Shown here in pieces: positions 16,991-24,824 of a stretch of DNA of 36,729 nucleotides. The stretch spans positions 1 through 36,729 of the forward strand of contig CAZBDF010000001.1 of NCBI GenBank assembly GCA_964490385.1, in the 5' to 3' direction. The DNA is from an uncultured Lentimicrobiaceae bacterium (GTDB taxonomy: Bacteria; Bacteroidota; Bacteroidia; Bacteroidales; 4484-276). Position 1 is the first letter of the stretch. Every line of letters begins with the position of its first letter. The notes beneath the pieces are model-generated. The model did no database searches. It was given only the letters and a program-made list of their open reading frames with translations, and had not been told where the DNA came from. The position numbers were made by a program, and so were the translations under genes.

Positions 16991-17977
16991 CTATACCCTC
17001 TCCCCCCATCTCTTCTCTGCCCATTGCTTTTGCTGATTGGCATCAAAGAAAGTCCAGGCAACAATGCGGCTTGTTTTGTTTCCCTGACCCATCGGGATGG
17101 TTTTAAATTCGGCGGCTTCTACTTTCTCCAGCGTTGCATAAGCAGATTTAAGGTTTGATTCTTTTGATATCAATGAAGAAAACCAATAACAGGATGCTGA
17201 GAACTTCTTGCTTTCGCGGATCATCTTGTTTACGAATCTTTTTTCACCCCCTTCGCACCACAATTCGTTGCTTTGTCCGCCAAAGTTCTTGATGGGCTTA
17301 ACAACTTTTTTCTTGCTTAAGTTCTTCACCTTTCGAAATGTCCCTGCCTGGGCCTCGGCAAGTGAAGCATGGAATGGAGGGTTGCAAATTGTGAGGTCGA
17401 TGTGCTGGTTTTTGTCGATGATATTGTAAAAATAATCTTGTGGGTCAGCTTGTAATTTTAGCTCAACGTTTTTGCGTATTACCGGATTTAATTCAACAAT
17501 TTTACCCGCCGATTCGATGGCCACAGGATCGATATCGGAGCCAATAAATGACCAGCCATATTCAATGCTTCCAATAATTGGGTAAATACAATTTGCGCCC
17601 ACACCAATATCGAGGCAATTGATTTGGGGCCCGATTGGCATTTTTCCAAAATTTTTGCTGGCCAACAAATCGGCCATATAATGAATGTAATTAGCCCTTC
17701 CGGGGATGGGCGGTGTTAAATAACCCTCAGGGATATCCCAATGATCGATACCATAAAAATGCTTTAATAGCACTTTATTTAACATGATCACCGCTTTGGG
17801 ATCAGCAAAATCGATCGATTCATCACCGTATTTATTTGGCCTGACAAAGGAGGACAAATCGGGGCAGCTCACAATCAACTTACTGAAATCGTAGCGCGAA
17901 CGATGTTTATTGCGCGGGTGTAATTTCGTTTTTTCTTTTTGGGCACTGCCTTTATCCACTTGGGGGGGATTTTTCAT
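16991..17977 (-). CDS. rlmF: 23S rRNA (adenine1618-N6)-methyltransferase
   Basis: 328 aa. SAM-binding block LDIGVGANCIYPIIG and catalytic NPPFH motif (ICNPPFHAS). Overall similarity to RlmF/YbiN. Confidence 0.9.
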   Translation of the reverse strand: MKNPPQVDKGSAQKEKTKLHPRNKHRSRYDFSKLIVSCPDLSSFVRPNKYGDESIDFADPKAVIMLNKVLLKHFYGIDHWDIPEGYLTPPIPGRANYIHYMADLLASKNFGKMPIGPQINCLDIGVGANCIYPIIGSIEYGWSFIGSDIDPVAIESAGKIVELNPVIRKNVELKLQADPQDYFYNIIDKNQHIDLTICNPPFHASLAEAQAGTFRKVKNLSKKKVVKPIKNFGGQSNELWCEGGEKRFVNKMIRESKKFSASCYWFSSLISKESNLKSAYATLEKVEAAEFKTIPMGQGNKTSRIVAWTFFDANQQKQWAEKRWGERV

Positions 17978-18009
17978 TCTCTTCAGTTTTTCTCTTGCTA
18001 CATTGATTA

Positions 18010-19320
18010 TTAAAATTTCAATGCAACTAAAGTATTGGTTATGGAGTTTTTAAATTCATTAGAAACACTAACCTGGTCTGCATAATCAGGCCACCGGCAA
18101 ACTATGGTTTTGATTTCTTCAATAATTTTCTCTCCCTTTTTTATATTGTTCGCTTTTGCAACCGTAATCAGGTCGGCTTTATTAAGGCCCTTATGTTTTC
18201 CATTAATGCTTAGGGTATGCTGGCTCACCCATACATTTGTGGGATCGTACGAATAGCAAAGATCGTAAGCCGGAGCCAGTTCCCATTTGCCGCCTTGTTT
18301 CAACCTGAAAGAAAAATTCTTGGTATGGTCGTCATAGTTTGTCGACATTACATTGAACACCATCCGCCGGAACATTTGTTCAGCTTCAGGGTAAGTCAAT
18401 TTTAGCATTCTCATGGTTTGAAACAATTGCTCGTAACTATAGCCATACAAATTGTTGTAATCAAAATGCTGGATGCCACAGAAGGTCTGTATGTGGTGTT
18501 TGGTGTTGCTTCCTTCCCTGTCAAATCTCTTTGTCATAAAGTGGGCGCGTCCGTTCTCTTCTAATAGCCTGCATTCCATCATTTCAATACCACAGTCTTT
18601 TGCCATCAAATGATAGGCATATTCAATCCTTCCAAATCCATGGCTCATTCCAACCTGTGCATCACTTACACCATCAATTTTGAGCAACCAGTGATCGAAA
18701 CCATTGGGAGCAAATGTTTGTCCTGACCTGACTTCCCCGGTTTTTTTATTAAAAGCAATCACCGCTTTTGGCCTTGCTCCACCGGCAGAAGTTCCAATCT
18801 TTAATATTTCGCCCATGGCTTTGCGCTCATCTTCCCGCAGGTCAACTTCAAAACCTTCACGATCTGATAGCATTAATTGAGCAATTTCTACCAGGCTTTT
18901 TATTTCGATGGCAAAGGTTCGTTTGCTTCTTTTTAGTTTTGATGGTTCAAATTCGAGGGCACCCATCCCCCGGGCTCCTATAAAACATAATTGCTCCACA
19001 GGGTTCATACTATTTGGTGGCCGGCCATTTTGGGCAAGCCATGTATTGATGAGTTGATTTCCGTATTTATCAGGCAGTGAGTCTGCCAACAATCCGGGCA
19101 AACCGTTGAATGTGGCAGATTGCTCGTTTTTCGCTTTGCGAAGTTCAGGGAAGCTGTAAATCCGATCGCCGTTGTTAATGGGCATTTTTATGGGCGATAA
19201 GTCATAAGCCTTTGCCAAAAACTTTTTGTCGTACTGAAAGCTGGCCAGTTGGATATTTGCATCCCAGATTACAGCTCCCGCTATTTCACCCCATATTTTT
19301 ACTTCTACAACATCTACCAT
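18010..19320 (-). CDS. hipA: HipA-family serine/threonine kinase toxin (type II TA)
   Basis: 436 aa. HipA N-terminal coupling region, P-loop-like GTSAGGARPKAV, catalytic loop NYDDHTKNFSF and APAYDL. Its start overlaps the upstream HTH gene by 7 nt (ATGGTAG). Confidence 0.9.
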   Translation of the reverse strand: MVDVVEVKIWGEIAGAVIWDANIQLASFQYDKKFLAKAYDLSPIKMPINNGDRIYSFPELRKAKNEQSATFNGLPGLLADSLPDKYGNQLINTWLAQNGRPPNSMNPVEQLCFIGARGMGALEFEPSKLKRSKRTFAIEIKSLVEIAQLMLSDREGFEVDLREDERKAMGEILKIGTSAGGARPKAVIAFNKKTGEVRSGQTFAPNGFDHWLLKIDGVSDAQVGMSHGFGRIEYAYHLMAKDCGIEMMECRLLEENGRAHFMTKRFDREGSNTKHHIQTFCGIQHFDYNNLYGYSYEQLFQTMRMLKLTYPEAEQMFRRMVFNVMSTNYDDHTKNFSFRLKQGGKWELAPAYDLCYSYDPTNVWVSQHTLSINGKHKGLNKADLITVAKANNIKKGEKIIEEIKTIVCRWPDYADQVSVSNEFKNSITNTLVALKF

Positions 19321-19661
19321 CCTGCGTCTGTGTTTGGGTTTTGTTTATTGCTGCGGGCACGTTGCCTTTTGTTTTTTTGCAGCCTGGCATATTCAATGGG
19401 GCTGATTTCGGCATTAACTTTAAACGCATCCATCACATACAGCAAATCTAAGACCCGCAATACCTGGATCAAACTGCTTAAAGATATTTTCTCTCCCCGT
19501 TCCATGAGGCTGAGTGTTGAGCGGCTCAGCCCTGCTGCATTTGATACATCAGTTTGCGACCGGTTTTGATTCAATCTGTGATGTTGGACAAAACTTCCTA
19601 TTTTTTCCATCAAGGCCTTATCGCTCATCGACGGCCAATCAATGTATGAAATATCATTCAT
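19314..19661 (-). CDS. XRE-family helix-turn-helix antitoxin (HipB-like)
   Basis: 115 aa. HTH segment RSQTDVSNAAGLSRSTLSLMERGEKISLSSLIQVLRVL and a basic C-terminal tail. Translationally coupled to hipA. Confidence 0.8.
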   Translation of the reverse strand: MNDISYIDWPSMSDKALMEKIGSFVQHHRLNQNRSQTDVSNAAGLSRSTLSLMERGEKISLSSLIQVLRVLDLLYVMDAFKVNAEISPIEYARLQKNKRQRARSNKQNPNTDAGW

Positions 19662-19838
19662 TAAGTAGTAAATTTATAGTTACTGCATGAATTTTCATAC
19701 AAAGGTAGTAATTTTTTTGAATAGTCAATTTTTTAGTGCATTATATATCATTCATTAAGTAGCGATATGATGCTTAGTGAATGAATATTCATGCAAATGG
19801 GCAAAATTTAGTATCAAAATTCAAACCTTTGGCACACC
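19651..19838 (-). promoter_or_regulatory. Tandem duplication of about 94 nt covering the antitoxin 5' end and promoter region, with ATGAAnnTTCAT palindromes (candidate operators)
   Basis: The 18-nt string atatcattcattaagtag occurs at 19651-19668 (covering the start codon) and again at 19745-19762. The near-palindrome atgaattttcat is at 19687-19698 and the perfect 12-bp palindrome atgaatattcat is at 19781-19792, at equivalent positions in the two copies. Confidence 0.4.
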
Positions 19839-19939
19839 TCTACTGACGCCCCCATCTTCGCAAACTTCGGCGGGCAGGGAATGACCATCAATGACTTCTT
19901 GTTTGAAAAGCTTTCAATTTCCTCAAATCAATCAGTCTC

Positions 19940-20524
19940 CTAATCAATTTCGATATCATATTTTTCAAGCAGCCCAATTATTCCCGGATAAGAAAACTTT
20001 GCCTTTTTTATGCTGTTCAAATCTACATCAATTGAATAATTGAATGAGGTGCGGAAGTCTGCATGAGTAAGCATAGTATTATCAAATGTAGCTCCCATCA
20101 GGTCACAATTGTCAAATATTGCACTATTTAAATCACAATCGACAAAATCAACATCGTGTAATTTTGAATTGTTGAATACTGTTTTACTAATTTTTAACTT
20201 ATAAAAAGAAGAATGATCGAGAATGCAATTTTCAATGGAAATTTGCAATCCAAATATATTACAATCGTTAAAATGTAAACCCAGCATTTTGCAATCACTG
20301 AAATGTACAATCCGTAAAGCTGTTTTTGTCAGCTTTGCTAAACTCAGGTTGCAGCCAGAAAATTCACAATCTTGGAAAATAGATTCAGACAGATTGCAAT
20401 TTGAAAAATCACAATTGATGAATTTGCATACTTCATATTCACCTCTCTTCAGCTGCTGCTGATTGAAATCAATATTGCTAAAAGTTTTTCCTTCAATATA
20501 TTGTTGGTCCATTTTGCAAAGCAA
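19940..20524 (-). CDS. Pentapeptide-repeat protein (Qnr/MfpA-like right-handed quadrilateral beta-helix)
   Basis: A(D/N)LXX-type repeats run throughout (CDFSNCNLSESIFQDCEFSGCNLSLAKL...DFVDCDLNSAIFDNCDLMGATFDNTML). The true start may be the second Met (20512). Confidence 0.85.
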   Translation of the reverse strand: MLCKMDQQYIEGKTFSNIDFNQQQLKRGEYEVCKFINCDFSNCNLSESIFQDCEFSGCNLSLAKLTKTALRIVHFSDCKMLGLHFNDCNIFGLQISIENCILDHSSFYKLKISKTVFNNSKLHDVDFVDCDLNSAIFDNCDLMGATFDNTMLTHADFRTSFNYSIDVDLNSIKKAKFSYPGIIGLLEKYDIEID

Positions 20525-20535
20525 TAAGCAAAGGC

Positions 20536-21624
20536 CTACTCTCCAAAAATCTCGGCCAGCCTAAGTTGCAAATCTTCACCACGCAAATCCTTGGCAATGA
20601 TTACCCCGTCAGGGTCGAGCAGGAAGTTGGCTGGTATTGAACTAACGGCGTACTTTTGTGAAGCTTCATTGTCCCAATATTTCAAATCCGAAACCTGTGT
20701 CCATGTAAGTTGATCATCGGCAATGGCGGCAATCCATTTTTCTTTGCTGCGGTCGAGTGAAACGCCAAGAACATCAAAACCCTTGTCGCCAAAAGTTTGG
20801 TAAGCTAAAACCACATTGGGGTTCTCGGCACGACAGGGGCCACACCATGAGGCCCAAAAATCGATGAGTACATATTTACCTCGCAGGCTTTCTAAGGAAA
20901 CCGGATTTCCATCGACATCATTTTGTGTAAAAACTGGTGCTATTTCGCCTTCCTGCACACTCTGGAGTTTAGCAATTCTTTCGTTCAGACTAACTGTATA
21001 TTGTGATGATTGAACCGAAGTATCCAGGTTTGATGCAACATCTGTAAGTTCGTTAAAGTCGAAATAATAGCTATAGCGGAGTGTGATGTAAGGTGATACA
21101 ACTGAAGTAATATTGGTCTTTGTGAAGTCAAGAATGAAATCCTTTTCGGCTTCTTCTACCACGTTGAATTCTTCCTCTATCTCTGCCATTGCTTTTTCAT
21201 CACCAAGTTCCTGAGCTGCCTGGTAATCCTGGTAAATGGCTTTACGCTGAGTGGTATAATTTTCCAGCGTTTTATTGAATTTACCGAAAAGTTGCTGTGC
21301 TTCTGATCCCTTAATTTCAGGTGCGGTAATTGTACCGGAAACTGTAATAGCACCCTTATCAACAAAAAGTTGGATGTTCTCACGCATATCGGCAAAAGTT
21401 AACAGGTACAATTCAGGGGATTCGATGTTGCCGGTAAACTTGAAAGCCCCTTCGACAGATTCGGTGGAATCGACGGCGGTGAGTTCGTTATCAACTACAT
21501 TCGATAGTTTTACCAGGCCATCGGGCAGTCCTTCAATATTTCCATCAATAGTAAATTGTGTGTCGCTGGTTGAACAGGCACCCATAAAAATTGCAAGTAC
21601 TGCAATCCATAATAAATTTCTCAT
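20536..21624 (-). CDS. TlpA/ResA-like thiol-disulfide oxidoreductase lipoprotein with an N-terminal DUF4369-like domain
   Basis: Lipobox MRNLLWIAVLAIFMGAC. Thioredoxin-fold C-terminal half with WASWCGPC. Confidence 0.9.
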   Translation of the reverse strand: MRNLLWIAVLAIFMGACSTSDTQFTIDGNIEGLPDGLVKLSNVVDNELTAVDSTESVEGAFKFTGNIESPELYLLTFADMRENIQLFVDKGAITVSGTITAPEIKGSEAQQLFGKFNKTLENYTTQRKAIYQDYQAAQELGDEKAMAEIEEEFNVVEEAEKDFILDFTKTNITSVVSPYITLRYSYYFDFNELTDVASNLDTSVQSSQYTVSLNERIAKLQSVQEGEIAPVFTQNDVDGNPVSLESLRGKYVLIDFWASWCGPCRAENPNVVLAYQTFGDKGFDVLGVSLDRSKEKWIAAIADDQLTWTQVSDLKYWDNEASQKYAVSSIPANFLLDPDGVIIAKDLRGEDLQLRLAEIFGE

Positions 21625-21696
21625 GTAAGTTAAGCTTAAGTTATTTAATGTGATAGTTAATTAAAATTCCAAAAATGCGTCAACTCCGAAAAGTAA

Positions 21697-21795
21697 GGGT
21701 TTGGACTAAAGTCCAGTAACATATTGGTTTTCTGTTACCCCGGGCTTAAGCCCGGGGGAATTCAAACTGCTGACCATTGGAGCTTTAGCCCAAAT
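21697..21795. repeat. Second cluster of GGGCTWWAGCCC-family palindromic modules
   Basis: Modules: gggtttggactaaagtcca (21697-21715); ccccgggcttaagcccgggg, a perfect 20-bp palindrome (21738-21757), followed by gaattca; and ttggagctttagcccaaat (21777-21795). These are the same three modules as at 12746-12836, in cyclically permuted order. Confidence 0.7.
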
Positions 21796-21898
21796 TCTGT
21801 ATTTAATGATCACCTTTCGAAGGGGTTTCAAGTTTTAAAATATTTATTCGCGTGTTTTTAATTTCCAAATTTTCAATCCAGCACATTTTCAAATCAGT

Positions 21899-22405
21899 TT
21901 ATTTTTTCTTCTGCCCAGAAAATAAAAATTGCATCAGGAAAACGAGAACAATTGTAGCTGCACCACTCAGTAAAATTCTGTAAATAGTTTGGCGAATTTC
22001 GCTGAAACTAAATACCTCGAGGAAAAACAATGCCGAATGATGTAGCACCACAAGGATGAGGGTGTAAAAGAAAAACCAACTGAAGCCGAGGTCCTTGATG
22101 CCGGGTTGGATGCCGGGTTCATACTCTCTTTTCGATTTCAGCAATTTCAATACCCCCGGCCTGCAAAAGGCCATGAACACTGATGCCGCAGCGTTTAAAC
22201 CCAATGTATTCGAAAAGAAATCAACACTTAAACCCATTGCAAATGACGATAGCAGCAACAGCCAGCCTGCAGTTTCGAAGGGCAACAACAAAATAAAGTA
22301 AACATAAACGGCAGGATAGATGTAAGTCCCCAGCTGAAGATGATTTAATATCAACACCTGAAAGCCAAGCAATAAAACAAACCGTATGATATTCTTTCCT
22401 AACAT
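21899..22405 (-). CDS. mreD: Rod shape-determining protein MreD
   Basis: 168-aa polytopic membrane protein immediately downstream of mreC. MreD-like sequence (LLPFETAGWLLLLSSFAMGLSVDFF). Confidence 0.85.
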   Translation of the reverse strand: MLGKNIIRFVLLLGFQVLILNHLQLGTYIYPAVYVYFILLLPFETAGWLLLLSSFAMGLSVDFFSNTLGLNAAASVFMAFCRPGVLKLLKSKREYEPGIQPGIKDLGFSWFFFYTLILVVLHHSALFFLEVFSFSEIRQTIYRILLSGAATIVLVFLMQFLFSGQKKK

Positions 22406-22419
22406 CGTGTCAGTTATTC

Positions 22420-23250
22420 CTAATATTTTTGTTCTGCTTTTTCCAACTCACGAATTTCTTCCTCTTGCAAGTTTTGCACTACATACACATGATAAACCCT
22501 GTTGTAATCGACTGCATATTTAATATCGGCAGTATAAAAATTATCACCGGGATTTATCCTAAAATCTTCAATGGTTCCAATATTTACCCCTTCAGGAAAA
22601 ATATGTGAATAGCCACTGGTAATTACCGAATCACCTTTTGTTAATTCCGTGTGCGAGGGAATATCGGTCATGGTACCAATGCGGTAGTTTTCGCCATTCC
22701 AAAGCAGGGTTCCAATTTGTTCGGTCGATTTCAATTTCACACTAATTTTTGAATGCCTATTCAGCACCGACATAACTGAACTGAAATGATCAGAAACTTC
22801 GATGACCTGGCCCACAATACCTCCCGGTGCGATAACTGCCATCTCATTGCCGATTCCATGTATCCTGCCTTTATTCAGTTTCAGGAAATTATTTCTACGG
22901 TTGGTGGAACTGCTTATCACTTTTGCCGCAGTGTATCTGTACTGCTGCATGTAAAGTGTATCGCGATAAAAGAATGAAGTAGTGTCGGTTTTGATAAATG
23001 AACCGGGCAATTTATTTAAAAATGCAGCATTTTCTTCGGCGAGGATTTTATTGGCCTTTCTTAGGGCAAAATAATCGGTAATGTTGGTGTAAACATTCAG
23101 GATGTTGCCTGTAAATCCATTGGTTGAACTCAGGATAACAGAACCCTGATAGTAGGAGTTTTTGACAAGAAAGAGCACTGAAAACACTTCAAGCAAAACA
23201 AACAAAAAGAAGAATTGATATCTCCAAAGAAATGTAAACAGGTTTTTCAT
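22420..23250 (-). CDS. mreC: Rod shape-determining protein MreC
   Basis: 276 aa. N-terminal TM helix, coiled-coil region (LRKANKILAEENAAFLNKL) and MreC beta-barrel core (GIVGQVIEVSDHFSSVMSVLN, GDSVITSG...FPEGVNIGTI). Confidence 0.9.
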   Translation of the reverse strand: MKNLFTFLWRYQFFFLFVLLEVFSVLFLVKNSYYQGSVILSSTNGFTGNILNVYTNITDYFALRKANKILAEENAAFLNKLPGSFIKTDTTSFFYRDTLYMQQYRYTAAKVISSSTNRRNNFLKLNKGRIHGIGNEMAVIAPGGIVGQVIEVSDHFSSVMSVLNRHSKISVKLKSTEQIGTLLWNGENYRIGTMTDIPSHTELTKGDSVITSGYSHIFPEGVNIGTIEDFRINPGDNFYTADIKYAVDYNRVYHVYVVQNLQEEEIRELEKAEQKY

Positions 23251-23303
23251 GTTTGTACTTAAATATCAACAGCCAAAAGTTTTTCAATCATTATCTCAAA
23301 TCT

Positions 23304-23514
23304 TATGAATCCCTGCCTCGCGGCAAGGCGGGCTCTACGAGGATTTTTATTTTCACTATCTGTCCGTTTGTTACAACTATGAAACCCTGCCTGCCGGCAA
23401 GGCTGGCTCTAAGAGGTAATCACTTTTTCGCACTAATGCTGTTCAATGTCCGTAGGACATTCATAATTGTAATAATGTTGTACCAAGCACATTGTTCAAC
23501 CCCGTATGGGGTTG
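23304..23514. repeat. Hairpin-repeat array in the mreB-mreC intergenic gap
   Basis: Two direct copies of a roughly 53-nt unit: tatgaatccctgcctcgcggcaaggcgggctctacgagg... (23304-23356) and tatgaaaccctgcctgccggcaaggctggctctaagagg... (23378-23433). Two further hairpins: atgtccgtaggacat (23446-23460) and caaccccgtatggggttg (23497-23514). Confidence 0.65.
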
Positions 23515-23579
23515 CATAATACAATTTTGGGAATCCATTACAAGAATAATCCAATGGATAGATTTTTATTGATTCATTC

Positions 23580-24602
23580 CTATTTAATAAGGAAGGTAAA
23601 TTTATCAAAATTCTTCAAGGCAATTCCTGTTCCCCTTGCCACAGCCCGCAATGGATCTTCGGCAACATGGATGGGCAATTTTGTCTTCAGGTGCAATCGT
23701 TGGTCGAGGCCACGCAACATCGAACCGCCCCCGGCGAGGTAAATACCAGTTCTGAAAATATCAGCCGACAATTCTGGTGGTGTCATCTCGAGGGCTTGCA
23801 ATACGGCAGTTTCAATTTTCGAAATGGACTTATCAAGGCAGTGGGCGATCTCGGTATAATTTACAGTGATCTCTTTTGGGATACCGGTAAGCATATCACG
23901 CCCATGCACGGCATAGTCGTCGGGTGGGTTGTCGAGTTCGGGCAGGGCAGCGCCCACTTCAATTTTAATTCGTTCTGAAGTCCGTTCACCAATATTGATG
24001 TTGTGTTGCTTGCGCATGTACTCTTCGATGTCAGCGTTAAAATCGTCACCGGCAATTCGGATGGATTTGTTGTTGACGATTCCGCCCAGGGCGATTACCG
24101 CAATTTCGCTGGTTCCACCACCTATATCGATGATCATATTCCCGGTTGGTTCCAACACGTCAATGCCGATACCAATAGCAGCAGCCATTGGCTCGTGAAT
24201 GAATTTAACCTCCCTGGCGCCTGCCTGTTCTGCCGAATCTTTTACTGCACGTTCTTCTACTTCGGTAATTCCCGATGGGATACAAATAACCATTTTTAGT
24301 GCCGGCGGGAACAATGTTTGTCGGATGCCGATCATTTTAATCATCTCACGGATCATGTATTCGGCAGCCTGAAAGTCGGCGATTACACCATCGCGCAGAG
24401 GCCTGATGGTTTTAATGTTTTCATGGGTCTTGCCATGCATCATTTGTGCGCGCTTGCCTACTGCAATGATGCGTCCCGAACTGCGCTCGATGGCAACAAT
24501 TGAAGGTTCGTCCACAACAACTTTATCGTTATATATGATGATGGTATTTGCTGTACCAAGGTCAATGGCAATTTCCCTGGTGAAAAATGAAAATATACTC
24601 AT
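23580..24602 (-). CDS. mreB: Rod shape-determining actin homologue MreB
   Basis: 340 aa. Canonical MreB blocks IAIDLGTANT, VICIPSGITEVEERAV, IDIGGGTSEIAV, GGD.F and LAGGGSMLRGLD. Confidence 0.97.
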   Translation of the reverse strand: MSIFSFFTREIAIDLGTANTIIIYNDKVVVDEPSIVAIERSSGRIIAVGKRAQMMHGKTHENIKTIRPLRDGVIADFQAAEYMIREMIKMIGIRQTLFPPALKMVICIPSGITEVEERAVKDSAEQAGAREVKFIHEPMAAAIGIGIDVLEPTGNMIIDIGGGTSEIAVIALGGIVNNKSIRIAGDDFNADIEEYMRKQHNINIGERTSERIKIEVGAALPELDNPPDDYAVHGRDMLTGIPKEITVNYTEIAHCLDKSISKIETAVLQALEMTPPELSADIFRTGIYLAGGGSMLRGLDQRLHLKTKLPIHVAEDPLRAVARGTGIALKNFDKFTFLIK

Positions 24603-24691
24603 GTTTGTTATCGCGTATTGCTGGTATTAAGAATCTAACTGTTATTTAATAGAAATTAACTATTCCGAAATTATCGGGTAGTAGAGTTTTT

Positions 24692-24756
24692 GTTGCATGT
24701 TTCAAGTTTCAAGTTACAGGGCTTTTCCTTGCAACCTGCAACCTGTAACTTGCAAC
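24692..24756. repeat. Second GCAAGTTACAGG-family hairpin element, inverted relative to 16884-16930
   Basis: Perfect 11-bp stem caagttacagg (24710-24720) pairing with cctgtaacttg (24742-24752), 21-nt loop. Flanked by gttgca...tgcaac and by iterated ttcaagt / tgcaacc sub-repeats. An attccgaa motif lies nearby, as in the first copy. Confidence 0.55.
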
Positions 24757-24824
24757 GGATTCATTAAAGCCTTTCAATCTTATTTTATCTATAAAACTTA
24801 TTCAATAGTTTCAAATATCTCTCA

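Noticed and set aside
16991-21624. hipBA, pentapeptide and TlpA region as a mobile genomic island
   Set aside because: No integrase, transposase, tRNA attachment site or flanking direct repeats are visible. The only duplication (19651-19838) is local to the antitoxin promoter. An accessory origin of hipBA remains possible but cannot be shown from this window.
23253-23519. 88-aa plus-strand ORF in the mreB-mreC gap
   Set aside because: It is composed almost entirely of the hairpin repeat units (PCLPARLALRG-type translation), lies antisense to the operon, and has no protein-like features.
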